Assembly: GCA_964652125.1 (NCBI GenBank)
Contig: CAZZAE010000001.1
Coordinates: 2,908-52,630 of the forward strand
Direction of reading: 5' to 3'
Source of the DNA: an uncultured Candidatus Saccharibacteria bacterium
Lineage (GTDB): Bacteria > Patescibacteriota > Saccharimonadia > Saccharimonadales > JANWIN01
DNA: 49,723 nucleotides
The notes beneath the pieces were generated by a model that was given only the letters and a program-made list of their open reading frames with translations, ran no database searches and had not been told where the DNA came from. Shown one piece after another: positions 1-10,187 of this stretch (position 1 is its first letter; the number at the start of each line of letters is the position of its first letter). Made by a program: the position numbers and the translations under genes.

Positions 1-18
1 ACTTAAGCTTAGAATGCC

Positions 19-47
19 TTGACGGGAAGTGAATATCGTGCTAATGT
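19..47 (+). promoter_or_regulatory. sigma70-type promoter of DEAD-box helicase gene
   Basis: TTGACG-17 nt-TAATGT with extended TG (TGcTAATGT), about 100 nt upstream of ATG 150. Confidence 0.6.
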
Positions 48-149
48 TATAGGAATTGTTTCGATGAATCCGGGTTTTTTGACTTTAGTACTCGATTTCA
101 TTACTGACAATCGATTACTAACCATTTAACCTGACAGGATTCTTTTTTT

Positions 150-1361
150 ATGTCTCCCTATTATAATAAAAATCGTCGCACTTACCGACCAGGTGCTAGT
201 GCACATCATCAAAGTTTTAATTCTCAACGTAGCTCTCGTCCTAAACGAGGTATGGGTCAATACATTGACCCGGCTAAGTTTGTAAAATCGGCCCGCATGG
301 TAGAAGCTGAAGATTATGTGCCAAGTCATAGTTTCAAAGACTTTGACGTTGATCCGCTTATTAAACGTAACCTAGCCGCTAAGGGATATACCTTACCGAC
401 GCCTATTCAAGATCAAACAATACCACTGGCTCTTGAAGGTAGGGATATAATCGGCGTGGCACATACTGGTACGGGTAAGACTGCCGCTTTTTCAATCCCC
501 GCCCTTAATAGATTAATTACTGATCCTCATAGTCGGATTTTAATTGTGGCCCCAACTCGTGAGTTGGCCCAGCAAATCCAGGTTGAGTGCCGAGCAATTG
601 CTAAAGACTCTGGTTTATACGGAGCACTCTTAATTGGCGGGTTATCAATGGTTCCGCAGCTTAGAGATCTAAGGTCTAATCCTCGAATTGTGATTGGCAC
701 CCCAGGACGTATTAAGGATCATATCGAACGAAAAACGCTTAACTTGTTAAGATTTAATATTGTCGTGCTGGATGAAGTTGATCGAATGCTTGATATGGGC
801 TTCGTCAATGATGTCCGCCATATTCTCGGTCAATTAGCACCAAAGCGGCAATCTTTCTTTTTCTCAGCAACACTTGATACTCGAGTTAACAACTTGATTC
901 AATCCTTTGCCAATGACCCTGTTACAGTTTCACTCAAGACTTCTGAAACCAGTGATAATATCAACCAGGATGTAATAAAATATACCGGCAGCGGCGACAA
1001 ATTAGACAAGCTTCACGATGTACTAATTAAAAGTGACGTTGAGAAAATATTGGTGTTTGATGAAACCCAGCGTAACGTTAAGAGATTAAGCGAAGAACTT
1101 GTTAGCCGCGGCTTTAAAGCCGAATCAATACACGGTGGTAAGTCCCAAGGTCAGCGCCAGCGAGCGCTCAACAAGTTTAGAAACAATGAAATAAATATCT
1201 TAGTTGCAACCAATGTAGCAGCTCGAGGTATTGATGTCGTAGATATAACTCACGTTATTAACTACTCCATTCCGCAATCCTACGACGACTACATTCACCG
1301 AATTGGACGAGCTGGACGAGCTGGGCGCATTGGCCACGCCCTAACCTTTATCCAAGCTTAG
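150..1361 (+). CDS. DEAD/DEAH-box ATP-dependent RNA helicase
   Basis: Q motif PTPIQ, AHTGTGKT, PTRELA, TPGR, DEVD, SAT, ARGID, HRIGRAGRAG. Confidence 0.95.
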   Translation: MSPYYNKNRRTYRPGASAHHQSFNSQRSSRPKRGMGQYIDPAKFVKSARMVEAEDYVPSHSFKDFDVDPLIKRNLAAKGYTLPTPIQDQTIPLALEGRDIIGVAHTGTGKTAAFSIPALNRLITDPHSRILIVAPTRELAQQIQVECRAIAKDSGLYGALLIGGLSMVPQLRDLRSNPRIVIGTPGRIKDHIERKTLNLLRFNIVVLDEVDRMLDMGFVNDVRHILGQLAPKRQSFFFSATLDTRVNNLIQSFANDPVTVSLKTSETSDNINQDVIKYTGSGDKLDKLHDVLIKSDVEKILVFDETQRNVKRLSEELVSRGFKAESIHGGKSQGQRQRALNKFRNNEINILVATNVAARGIDVVDITHVINYSIPQSYDDYIHRIGRAGRAGRIGHALTFIQA

Positions 1362-1369
1362 AGACTGAT

Positions 1370-2677
1370 TTAATGTCCAGCCGCAGCGTGTTGAGTGTCT
1401 TGGTGAAAGACGTGTTTTGATGGTCGGAAAAGTATCCAGAACAAGACACCGCCGGAAATAATAGTTATAGCGCCAACAGTAACTGGCGTACTAATTGCAA
1501 TCTCAGCCAAGTAACCGCTCATAGCAGCTGGTATAGCTTGAGCCAGAGCTTGAACTGAAAAGTTAATACCAAGTACCTCACCTTGAATCTCGGGTCCGAC
1601 AGTTGTACTGACTAGTGACGTGGAGTTGGCGATGGTTTGACCAATAAAGACACCAAACAGCGGTGTGACGAGTAGTAGTTGAGTTGTATCGTGAGCCCAA
1701 AGTAGTAAGAACAAACCGACACCAACAGCAATAATACTGACTCTCAGCACATTGTAGCTCTTTACTCTCTTAGCGACTTGGGGCGTTATGATAGCTTGAG
1801 TAAAGGCAATTATTAATCCAATGTAGGCAAAATAGTCACCGATATTATTTTGAGTAAAATGCAGTTTATTAATTAGTAAAACTTGGAAGAACGTTTGGAA
1901 GAACATGAAGCCTCCCCAGAATAAGAAGACGGTTGGAAAGATTACTCTAAGTCCTGGGTAGGTTGCAGCTTTGACAATGTTACTTACCGACTGAGTAAAT
2001 TTAACTTTGAGCCGGTGCATGTGTTGGTGTGTTTCAGGAAGCAGGAAGACAATGAACATAACATTTATGGCGCTAAGTATGGCAGTAAACCAAAACGGTG
2101 TAGCTGGGTTAAACCAGTGCGGGGTTTTAAATAGTCCAAAGACACTCACCCCAGGGCTGCCCATTTTAGCACCCGCATAGGGACCAAGTACAAACCCCAG
2201 CCCAAAAGCTGCACCAATTAAAGCGAAGTTTTTAGTTCGCTTAGCGGCTGGTGTCACGTCCGCAATAACAGCTTGGGCAACGCTTAAATTACCACCAGTA
2301 ATACCATCAAAGGCTCGGCTAAAGAACAGTAGTGGCAGGTTTCTGGTAATTATACCAATGGCAAAAAGGACATAACCAACTGCTGTACCAGCAATGCTCA
2401 GACCAAGTATTTTCTTTCGTCCAAAGCGGTCAGACAACTGGCCAAGAATTGGTGTCGACAAGAACTGCATAAACGGATAGATGGCAAGTAACCAACCCAG
2501 GAGTATCAATCCACCTTTAAAAGTCCAGCCAGCCGGGAGTAGATAGTAGGCCGAGTGGGGATTGGCAAGAAGTTGAGGGATAATTGGGATTAAAATACCG
2601 ACACCTAAAACGTCCAGAAATATGGTCAGCAAGACTGCTGGTAGGGCTCGGGCTTCGGCATGTTTTACTTGTTTCAT
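1370..2677 (-). CDS. MFS drug:H+ antiporter (TetA/DHA1-like)
   Basis: About 12 hydrophobic segments; motif A GQLSDRFGRK; antiporter motif C GAAFGLGFVLGP. Confidence 0.9.
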   Translation of the reverse strand: MKQVKHAEARALPAVLLTIFLDVLGVGILIPIIPQLLANPHSAYYLLPAGWTFKGGLILLGWLLAIYPFMQFLSTPILGQLSDRFGRKKILGLSIAGTAVGYVLFAIGIITRNLPLLFFSRAFDGITGGNLSVAQAVIADVTPAAKRTKNFALIGAAFGLGFVLGPYAGAKMGSPGVSVFGLFKTPHWFNPATPFWFTAILSAINVMFIVFLLPETHQHMHRLKVKFTQSVSNIVKAATYPGLRVIFPTVFLFWGGFMFFQTFFQVLLINKLHFTQNNIGDYFAYIGLIIAFTQAIITPQVAKRVKSYNVLRVSIIAVGVGLFLLLWAHDTTQLLLVTPLFGVFIGQTIANSTSLVSTTVGPEIQGEVLGINFSVQALAQAIPAAMSGYLAEIAISTPVTVGAITIISGGVLFWILFRPSKHVFHQDTQHAAAGH

Positions 2678-2695
2678 ATGTATATTTGTCCCTCC

Positions 2696-3148
2696 TTATG
2701 GGTGGTGAAAAGCTCCCTGCTTTTCAACGCACACGGCGTCGTGCATTATGTTTAAAATCTCCAGTAAGTTTTCTTGTTGTTTAGGACTTAAGCTAGCAAA
2801 AGTAGGGGCATGGTAATTATTCAAGATTAACATTGCTTGCTCAGTTAGTTTTTCACCTTTTGAAGTCAAGGTTGTGATATGTTCACGCTTATTTTCAGGA
2901 CTAATTCGGGTTCCTAGTAAGCCTTTATCGTGGAGCAATCTAATTTGGCGAGAAATACTAGCTTCAGTTTGGCCTAATTTGTCGGCAATTTGTTTTTGCT
3001 GAACAGACGGCTGCCATTTCAGTACCATCATAATCTTAAATTGGGAAAAGCCAATGCCTAATTGTTCTTGCAAAACTTGATCAGAATGGCGGCTTAGAAC
3101 GAAAGCCAGGTGATTGAGCATGTAACCAATGTTGTTTGACGATCTCAT
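2696..3148 (-). CDS. MarR family transcriptional regulator
   Basis: wHTH QKQIADKLGQTEASISRQIRLL, wing ENKRE..LTSKG; directly upstream of the MFS gene. Confidence 0.9.
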   Translation of the reverse strand: MRSSNNIGYMLNHLAFVLSRHSDQVLQEQLGIGFSQFKIMMVLKWQPSVQQKQIADKLGQTEASISRQIRLLHDKGLLGTRISPENKREHITTLTSKGEKLTEQAMLILNNYHAPTFASLSPKQQENLLEILNIMHDAVCVEKQGAFHHP

Positions 3149-3177
3149 AGGTAAGTCACTACTACTGTATTATATCA

Positions 3178-3197
3178 ATACTTAACAAGTCAAGTGT
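3178..3197. promoter_or_regulatory. putative MarR operator (imperfect inverted repeat) overlapping the marR promoter
   Basis: ATACTTAAC-AA-GTCAAGTGT (7/9 palindromic); contains a minus-strand TTGACT -35-like box upstream of marR. Confidence 0.5.
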
Positions 3198-3258
3198 TTT
3201 AAGAATTACGGCTAGAAATTTGTCACTATACTCAGACAAATGATTGAACTGGGGATTC

Positions 3259-4842
3259 TTAAGTTCCCCAGTTAGTAGCCAGGACTGATAGGTCAAAGAT
3301 GTTTACAGTGCCATCACCCGTTAAGTCACCCGTCGACAAGGTTTGTCCAGATTGACCAAAGTGCGAAGCTAGAATAGACAGGTCAAATATATCTACCGAT
3401 CCATCACTGTTAATATCACCTGGTTTTGCTTTAGTGTTTATGGAGTAAGCGGCGGATTGAGCTGAAGTATTTCCAGCAGCATCATTAGCGGCTACTTTGT
3501 AGAAGTAAGCGGTGTTTTGAGTTAGACCACTATCCGTATAGCTAGGCGTGGTGCTGGTGTTTAATTGAGTATAGGTTCCTGCTATTGTAGCTGACCTATA
3601 AATTTTGTAACCAGTAACTCCTACGTCATCGGTTGGTGCTATCCAGGTTAAATCAACTGAATTAGTAGTTTGATTTGGTGAAGTTAAACCGGTTGGAACA
3701 CCTGGGGCTGTCGTATCCGCCAGAGTACTGGTTGATAGCGCCGCAGATTGAGCTGAGGCATTGCCGGCGGCATCATTAGCTGTAACCTTGTAAAAGTAAG
3801 CAGTGTTAGGAGTTAGGCTGGTGTCAGTATAGGTAACTCCAGAAATTAAGCTGGGGTTAATTTTGGTATATGTGCCAGCTAGAGTTGTAGCTCTAAACAC
3901 ATTATAACCAGTAACCAGAACGTCGTCTGTCGATCCCGTCCAACTTATGGCAATAGAGGTGACGGTTCTTGTTCCTGCTACCGGAGTGCCTGGTACGGTT
4001 GGTGCCGTGGTATCGGGCAAAGTAGACATAGCCAGAGCTGTAGATTGAGCTGAAGTGTTACCAGCGGCATCAACGGCCGCGACAGTATATGAATAGCTTG
4101 TATTGGGTGTCAGACTGGTATTAGTAAAAGTTGTTGTCGTGACATTAGAGTTAATTAGAACTCCGTTACGGAAGATTTTGTAGGCCGTTACTCCAACGTT
4201 GTCTGTGGCAGCAGTCCAAGAGAAAGCTAGTGAGGTCACAGTTTTGGCTCCAGCGGTTAAGCCACCGGGAACTGTTGGTGCAGATGTATCGGCAATCGTA
4301 TAAGAACCTGGAACGGTTACAGCCAGAACGTTAACTGGGGTAGCGGCACCAGTCACAATCGCTGAAGTCGCATCAAAGGTAACAGGTGTCGTGCCAGTAG
4401 CTAGAGCTTTAAAGGTAATAGAAGCTACAATTTGATCACCCGTTAGATTGGTACCACTTTTAGCTCTGGCAATTTTAATACTGCCAGCGCCACCGCTGCC
4501 AGTTGCACTCAAGTCAAAGGCACTAGTAGAAGTATCCAGACTAACAAACTGAAGTTTGGTTTGATCGTAGGTTAAGTCGGCTTCAACAGCATTAATTGCA
4601 TCAGTGCCACTATTTTCATGGACAACAACGGTAAAGTTAGAACCAACGTTTTGAGTAGAAGATGCAGGGACTAGTGATAGAGAGTCACCGGCTGCGAAGC
4701 TATGAAATAACAAACGTGCACCAACACTAGCAAATAAAACTACTAATATTAATACTAATAAAGGTCGGGGTTTTCGTTGATTGTTTAAGAACCATGTTGA
4801 AAACTTTCTGCGCGATTTAATTGGTTTGGTTGATTTAACCAT
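3259..4842 (-). CDS. secreted cohesin + 3x fibronectin type III + C-terminal dockerin protein (adaptor scaffoldin-like)
   Basis: N-terminal hydrophobic signal ending SFAA; cohesin NAVEADLTYDQTKLQF..VASITFKAL; three DTxAPxVP..W..DxVxVTxY..DAAGN repeats; duplicated Ca-loop GDINSDGSVDIFDLS / GDLTGDGTVNIFDLS. Confidence 0.85.
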   Translation of the reverse strand: MVKSTKPIKSRRKFSTWFLNNQRKPRPLLVLILVVLFASVGARLLFHSFAAGDSLSLVPASSTQNVGSNFTVVVHENSGTDAINAVEADLTYDQTKLQFVSLDTSTSAFDLSATGSGGAGSIKIARAKSGTNLTGDQIVASITFKALATGTTPVTFDATSAIVTGAATPVNVLAVTVPGSYTIADTSAPTVPGGLTAGAKTVTSLAFSWTAATDNVGVTAYKIFRNGVLINSNVTTTTFTNTSLTPNTSYSYTVAAVDAAGNTSAQSTALAMSTLPDTTAPTVPGTPVAGTRTVTSIAISWTGSTDDVLVTGYNVFRATTLAGTYTKINPSLISGVTYTDTSLTPNTAYFYKVTANDAAGNASAQSAALSTSTLADTTAPGVPTGLTSPNQTTNSVDLTWIAPTDDVGVTGYKIYRSATIAGTYTQLNTSTTPSYTDSGLTQNTAYFYKVAANDAAGNTSAQSAAYSINTKAKPGDINSDGSVDIFDLSILASHFGQSGQTLSTGDLTGDGTVNIFDLSVLATNWGT

Positions 4843-6152
4843 TACTTGCCCTTCTGCCCATCTAATAGGTTAGAATTATTTGTTATATTATTTGCTTTCA
4901 GATCAGGGTGAATGATCTGTCCACCAGTACCTGCTCCGGCTGATACTGCGCCAGTTGGAGTTTTAGGTGCTTCTTTAACTGGAAGAGGACCAGCTTGGTC
5001 AGCAGGACTAGTTTTGGGAAAGTGACTAGCCAAATCTTTGCTGACGCCGCCTCTACGAATTGAATTGAAGAGACCACTACCACCACCAATGATGATGATA
5101 ATAACCACAACAGCTGCAACACCAATTAGTACTTTAACTAGTGTACTCGTTCCTATGTTCAGCTGAACCTTAAACTCTTGAACCGCTGTCAGCGAACCAT
5201 CAACCACAGTAATAACTTTTGTGGCTTGTTTATCCTTAGCTTTCACTACTACGGTATGTAGTCCAGCTTTTATATCAACATAACTGGCAGTACCAGTTGA
5301 GTCATAAGATAGTGGGGCTTTAGCATCTAGCGTAACTTGAGCATTTTGCACCGGCTTATGGCTGTTGTCTATTACTTTAATAGCAACTAAGTAGCCGTTT
5401 TGGCTTGTCAAACTTGCAACTTGAGTACTAGTTTTTTTAGCAGGGGTTTTAGCTTTAGTGGATGTGCTGGTGCTAGTTTTAGTCGGTGTTGTTGTTTGGG
5501 TGGTTGTTGTAGTTGTACCACCGGTAGTGGTTTTTTTAGTTGTCGTAGGTGTTGTCGTAGTGCCAGTTAGTGTATAAGTACCACCAGTGGTATTACCATC
5601 CCAGACATCTTGAGGAGGAGTAGTTTTAGTAACAATTCTGGAACAACCAGTCGTAGCTTGGCCACTGGAATTTTTAAGACAACGTCCATCAAAAGTAATT
5701 GACGTAGTTCCTGAACCAACTAAGGCAGTAAATTTAACTGAGGCGACTACTTGGCTTCCGGTTAGGCCACTGCTAGAAGTTGTATTGGCTCGGGCAATCT
5801 TTACACTGCCTGACCCACCGCTGCTAACGGCACCAATGTCAAAGGCACTATGACTGGTATCTATACTATTGAACTGGAGTTTAGATTGATCATATATAAG
5901 ATCGGCCTCTACTGCGTTAACTGGGTCGGAACTGGTTTCATAAATCGTAACACTGAAGGAAGCACCTTTTTTAAATGATCCACTAGCTGGACTTAAACTA
6001 AATTTGGCAGTGCCCGCGGCTGAGACTGATTTAGGTGCAGATGGACCAACCGTAAAACTAAGCAGCGTCAAGATACCAAGTACAAGCAGCCCAGTGCCCC
6101 ATGCCCGTGGTCTAGCCCACATGCTATATTTTTTATTATCTTTAATTTTCAA
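4842..6152 (-). CDS. membrane-anchored cohesin protein (anchoring scaffoldin-like): cohesin, Thr/Lys-rich linker, beta-sandwich, C-terminal TM
   Basis: Cohesin NAVEADLIYDQSKLQF; poly-Thr linker; TM VLIGVAAVVVIIIIIG; start revised from 6200 to TTG 6152 (GAGG 6 nt upstream); stop overlaps the next start (TAATG). Confidence 0.8.
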   Translation of the reverse strand: MKIKDNKKYSMWARPRAWGTGLLVLGILTLLSFTVGPSAPKSVSAAGTAKFSLSPASGSFKKGASFSVTIYETSSDPVNAVEADLIYDQSKLQFNSIDTSHSAFDIGAVSSGGSGSVKIARANTTSSSGLTGSQVVASVKFTALVGSGTTSITFDGRCLKNSSGQATTGCSRIVTKTTPPQDVWDGNTTGGTYTLTGTTTTPTTTKKTTTGGTTTTTTQTTTPTKTSTSTSTKAKTPAKKTSTQVASLTSQNGYLVAIKVIDNSHKPVQNAQVTLDAKAPLSYDSTGTASYVDIKAGLHTVVVKAKDKQATKVITVVDGSLTAVQEFKVQLNIGTSTLVKVLIGVAAVVVIIIIIGGGSGLFNSIRRGGVSKDLASHFPKTSPADQAGPLPVKEAPKTPTGAVSAGAGTGGQIIHPDLKANNITNNSNLLDGQKGK

Positions 6153-6409
6153 AGCTGACCTCTGTATTCCCTGATACGATAACATAACCGCTATGTGCAA
6201 TACAATAGATTTTTATTAATAACATTAGAAAGTTACTTCATCAAAGGATTAAATTCGATAATAAATAAAATATTTAGTAACTATCTTTAAGTTGATATTA
6301 TAATCGGTTGGGGTTATGGTTTATATAAAAGTAGACTTAAATAAGTAGCAAAATACAGGGTCGTGAATTTAAAAAAAATGTTAAATCTAGCCAGCCCCAA
6401 AGGCAGTTT

Positions 6410-9400
6410 ATGTTAAAGCAGGTCAAGCCTAGTTTTCGTAATGTCGCCATCTTAGTATTTATCATATTGTTTGCTGTTATTGGTTATTTGGCGCTAAGAA
6501 ATTCTCGGGCTTCTGGCGCTGATATTAATGGAGACGGTAGTGTTGATGTTTTTGATTTGAGTATTTTAGCTGCCAACTATGGACAAAGTGGTAAAACTTA
6601 TGCCCAAGGCGATATTACCGGTGACGGTACGGTTAATATATTGGACTTATCAGTATTGGCATCTGGTTGGGGTAATACTGGTAGTTCTCCTCAACCGACC
6701 TTGCCAATTAAAGCCATGTTCTACTATCCGTGGTTCCCAGACGCTTGGAATCAACAAGGCTTTAATCCTTTCACTAACTACACGCCCACGGCTGGACTTT
6801 ATAGTTCAACTGATAGTACCACTATTAACCGCCATATTGATGACATGATTTATGCTGGTATGAATTCAGCTATTTATTCCTGGTGGGGCCAAGGCAGTAA
6901 AGAAGATACCCGTTTCCAGGCCTTTTTGGATGCGACTGGTACAAAGCCTCTCAAATGGGCACTTTACTATGAATGTGAGGGTAATGGCTCTGGGGGAACT
7001 TGCGGCACAATCGGCGGTCCAGCACCATCATCAACTAACATTGCCAATGATTTGTCATATATAAAGACTCACTATACAAATAACGCTAATTATCTAAAGA
7101 TAAACAATAAGCCTGTCATCTTCGCATACGGTGACGGAACTGATTCCTGTGCTACCGCAACTAATTGGAAAAATGCTAATGCTACTCAGGGTTTCTATGT
7201 TGTCCTAAAAGTTTTTGGTGGCTACGCCACTTGTGCTGATCAGCCAGATAATTGGCATCAGTACGGACCGGCCACTGCTGAAGATGTTCAGGGCACACAT
7301 TCAATGTCTATCTCACCCGGTTATTGGAAGAAAGGCTGTCCTTATGGCGGTGGTCTGTGTTCTCAAGGAGATACTCAACCCTTCCTGGCACGTGATTTAA
7401 CACGCTGGAATACTAACGTCACTGATCTAAAGAATAGCACTGCTAACTTAAAATTAATAACTACCTATAATGAGTGGGGGGAGGGTAGCATAGTCGAATC
7501 TGCCGATGGTACTCTACCCAATGGCTGGCAATCCGCGTCCGGACATGGTCAGTTTATCGATAGTCTTCATCAAATACTTGTATCTGGTACTCCAGTAGAT
7601 AATCCACCATCCGTATCATTATCCTCACCAACCGCCGGCACGGTTAGTGGTAATGTAACCCTGACAGCTAATGCCTCTGATGATCATGGAGTCAGTAAGA
7701 TTGAGTTCTTAGTCGATGGCACGGTTGTAAATACCAGTGGTACCAATCCATCTAGTCCGTATAGTTTTACTTGGAATAGCACATCGATTGCTAACGGAAG
7801 TCATCTAATTACAGCCAGAGCCACTGATACCATTAATCAGCAAACGACTTCATCTAGTGTGACGGTAACTGTCGCCAATGATTCTACGGCTCCAAGTGTA
7901 CCATCCGGTTTGAGTGCTACGGCTACTTCCCCAACTCAAGTCAATTTAAGCTGGACAGCTTCAACAGACACCGGTGGCAGCGGTCTAGCTAAATACGAGA
8001 TTTCAAGGGGAGGAACAATTCTGGCCACAATCAATGCTCCGACTACTACTTATAGCGACACAACTGTTAGTCCAAGCACTACCTATTCATACACTGTAAA
8101 AGCTATTGATGGGGCTGGAAATAAATCAGCAGCATCCATTGCAGCTTCAGTAACAACACCTGCCAACACTGACACTACAGCACCTACTGTTCCAGGTAGT
8201 TTTACTGCTTCTCTACCGATTACGACTGCCAAAACTGTTCATCTTAGTTGGACAGCATCCACTGATACTGGTGGCAGCGGAGTTAATCACTATATACTTT
8301 CACGAAATGGAACAGTCATAGCTAATCCATCAGCGGCGGCAGCGACTAGCTATGACGACACTACTACTATTTACAGCACGGCCTATACGTATACAATTGC
8401 TGCTGTAGATAATGCCGGGAATGTCTCCGGAGCAGCTACAGCCACAATTACAACACCAGCTGCGCCAGCCGATACCCAAGCTCCTAATGTTCCCACCGCC
8501 ACCGCAGCAGTAGTTTCGCCGACTCAGGTGACCATAAGTTGGACTGCAGTGACAGATAATCCAACTGACGGTACCGCCTCCGGAGTAAAGGGATACCGTG
8601 TCTTCCGAGATGGTGTCCAGATTGCCGATATTCTTTCACCTTCTACTTCGACTAATGATGGACCATTTAGCTTCGTATCGGGACAGAGCTATAGCTATAA
8701 GGTCGCAGCTTATGATGTAGCTGGAAACGTTTCTGCCCAATCCGCGGCATCAAGCGTCATTCCAAATCCAGTTGTCGCATCAGGCAATAGATGCAATAAC
8801 ACTGCCACTGGCAATAAAATTGACACTATTGTAGTTATTTCCGAAGAAAATAGAACATGGAGTAATGTCGGAGGTCCTGGCTTCTCAGCATCGACTATGC
8901 CATACACTCATACCTTAGCGGCAGAGTGTGGCTTTTTCCAGAACGATACCGAGATTAACTTAACGGAAAACTCTCTGACTCAGTATATTAGTGTCTGGAC
9001 AGGTCAAAATGATCCCAATGGTATTGGAAATGACTGCGATCCCACCACGACGTGTAGTTACACTGGTAACAATATCTTTAGGGTATTTCGAAATGCCGGC
9101 ATTCCTCACCGAGAATATGTTGAAGGTGCGACCACTACTTGTTCGGCTTCCGGCAATGCCCCCAAACATATACCTGAGCTGTATATGTGGGATCCAACCG
9201 ATAGGGCTGCCTGTAATACCGAGGTACTACCTATAAGCCAATTCAATTTTGCTACTCCACCAACTGGCTATACCTTTATTACACCAACGCTTTGTAATGA
9301 CGGACATGATTGTGGCGATAGCACGGTTGACAGTTGGTTATCCAATACCTCTCGCTTACCGGCTCTATTCAACTCGACCGCTTACAAATCCGGAAAAGTC

Positions 9401-9601
9401 TTAGTTGAAATTTGGTACGATGAAGATCACCCAAAACCAAACTTATTTGCCTGCTGGTCATGTCACCAATTTAATTCATCAGTTGATCCACACTACTCTG
9501 GCGAATCACTGCTGTGGCTAAACTTAATGAATGCAGATAGTAGTAATTTGGGAGGTGTCTCAACTGGAACAGACATCCGCTCAATAGTGGGTACTCCATA
9601 A
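6410..9601 (+). CDS. secreted multidomain enzyme: dockerin + GH99/GH71-like glycoside hydrolase + Ig-like + 3x FN3 + phosphoesterase-family (acid phosphatase) domain
   Basis: Dockerin DINGDGSVDVFDLS/DITGDGTVNILDLS; FYYPW, YSWWG, YLKINNKPVIF, TYNEWGEGS; phosphoesterase motifs VVISEENRT, KHIP, CNDGHD, WYDE. Confidence 0.8.
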   Translation: MLKQVKPSFRNVAILVFIILFAVIGYLALRNSRASGADINGDGSVDVFDLSILAANYGQSGKTYAQGDITGDGTVNILDLSVLASGWGNTGSSPQPTLPIKAMFYYPWFPDAWNQQGFNPFTNYTPTAGLYSSTDSTTINRHIDDMIYAGMNSAIYSWWGQGSKEDTRFQAFLDATGTKPLKWALYYECEGNGSGGTCGTIGGPAPSSTNIANDLSYIKTHYTNNANYLKINNKPVIFAYGDGTDSCATATNWKNANATQGFYVVLKVFGGYATCADQPDNWHQYGPATAEDVQGTHSMSISPGYWKKGCPYGGGLCSQGDTQPFLARDLTRWNTNVTDLKNSTANLKLITTYNEWGEGSIVESADGTLPNGWQSASGHGQFIDSLHQILVSGTPVDNPPSVSLSSPTAGTVSGNVTLTANASDDHGVSKIEFLVDGTVVNTSGTNPSSPYSFTWNSTSIANGSHLITARATDTINQQTTSSSVTVTVANDSTAPSVPSGLSATATSPTQVNLSWTASTDTGGSGLAKYEISRGGTILATINAPTTTYSDTTVSPSTTYSYTVKAIDGAGNKSAASIAASVTTPANTDTTAPTVPGSFTASLPITTAKTVHLSWTASTDTGGSGVNHYILSRNGTVIANPSAAAATSYDDTTTIYSTAYTYTIAAVDNAGNVSGAATATITTPAAPADTQAPNVPTATAAVVSPTQVTISWTAVTDNPTDGTASGVKGYRVFRDGVQIADILSPSTSTNDGPFSFVSGQSYSYKVAAYDVAGNVSAQSAASSVIPNPVVASGNRCNNTATGNKIDTIVVISEENRTWSNVGGPGFSASTMPYTHTLAAECGFFQNDTEINLTENSLTQYISVWTGQNDPNGIGNDCDPTTTCSYTGNNIFRVFRNAGIPHREYVEGATTTCSASGNAPKHIPELYMWDPTDRAACNTEVLPISQFNFATPPTGYTFITPTLCNDGHDCGDSTVDSWLSNTSRLPALFNSTAYKSGKVLVEIWYDEDHPKPNLFACWSCHQFNSSVDPHYSGESLLWLNLMNADSSNLGGVSTGTDIRSIVGTP

Positions 9602-9625
9602 AATGACAAACTATAAAGGAAGCAT

Positions 9626-10114
9626 ATGAACCAGGATAATAAATCACAACCACCCCTTTCGGTACCCACACAACCTGGTCAACAGCGATCGCAGAGATTC
9701 ATGGCCTTGGTTTTGGTTTTTATCTTGATCTTAGCCGGACTAGGACTGAGTTGGCATAATCACAAAAACCCCAGCCCAAGAAAAACATTTACTCAAAAAC
9801 CTGAAAGTGGACTACAAACGGAGAGTGAACTTGGTGATTATAAACACGAAATTACTATTACCATCACTGCCAAAGGGGTATCGCCGCAGACCCTAAATAT
9901 ACCAAGTGACACCCGTATTATTTGGATGAATACAGATAAGGTTAAGCACAAACTAGCTATTACCCCAGGTACGCTGGTTCCTCCTAAGTTTGATAATTTT
10001 CACCAAGTTGATCCAGGTGGCGGCTATCCTTACGTCATCCACCAAGCAGTAACATTTCATTACTATCTAGTGGATAATCCCAAACAGGGTGGAACAGTAA
10101 TAGTAAAGAATTAG
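9626..10114 (+). CDS. membrane-anchored cupredoxin-fold protein lacking copper ligands
   Basis: TM then ITITAKGVSPQTLNI..IIWMNTDKVKH..GGTVIVK pattern; no Cys in the protein. Confidence 0.55.
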   Translation: MNQDNKSQPPLSVPTQPGQQRSQRFMALVLVFILILAGLGLSWHNHKNPSPRKTFTQKPESGLQTESELGDYKHEITITITAKGVSPQTLNIPSDTRIIWMNTDKVKHKLAITPGTLVPPKFDNFHQVDPGGGYPYVIHQAVTFHYYLVDNPKQGGTVIVKN

Positions 10115-10187
10115 TTTGTTAAACTAATAATTGAAAGTGCTAGTGTTAAAATGGTGCCAAACGGGACTGCTATTGTATGATTGAATT

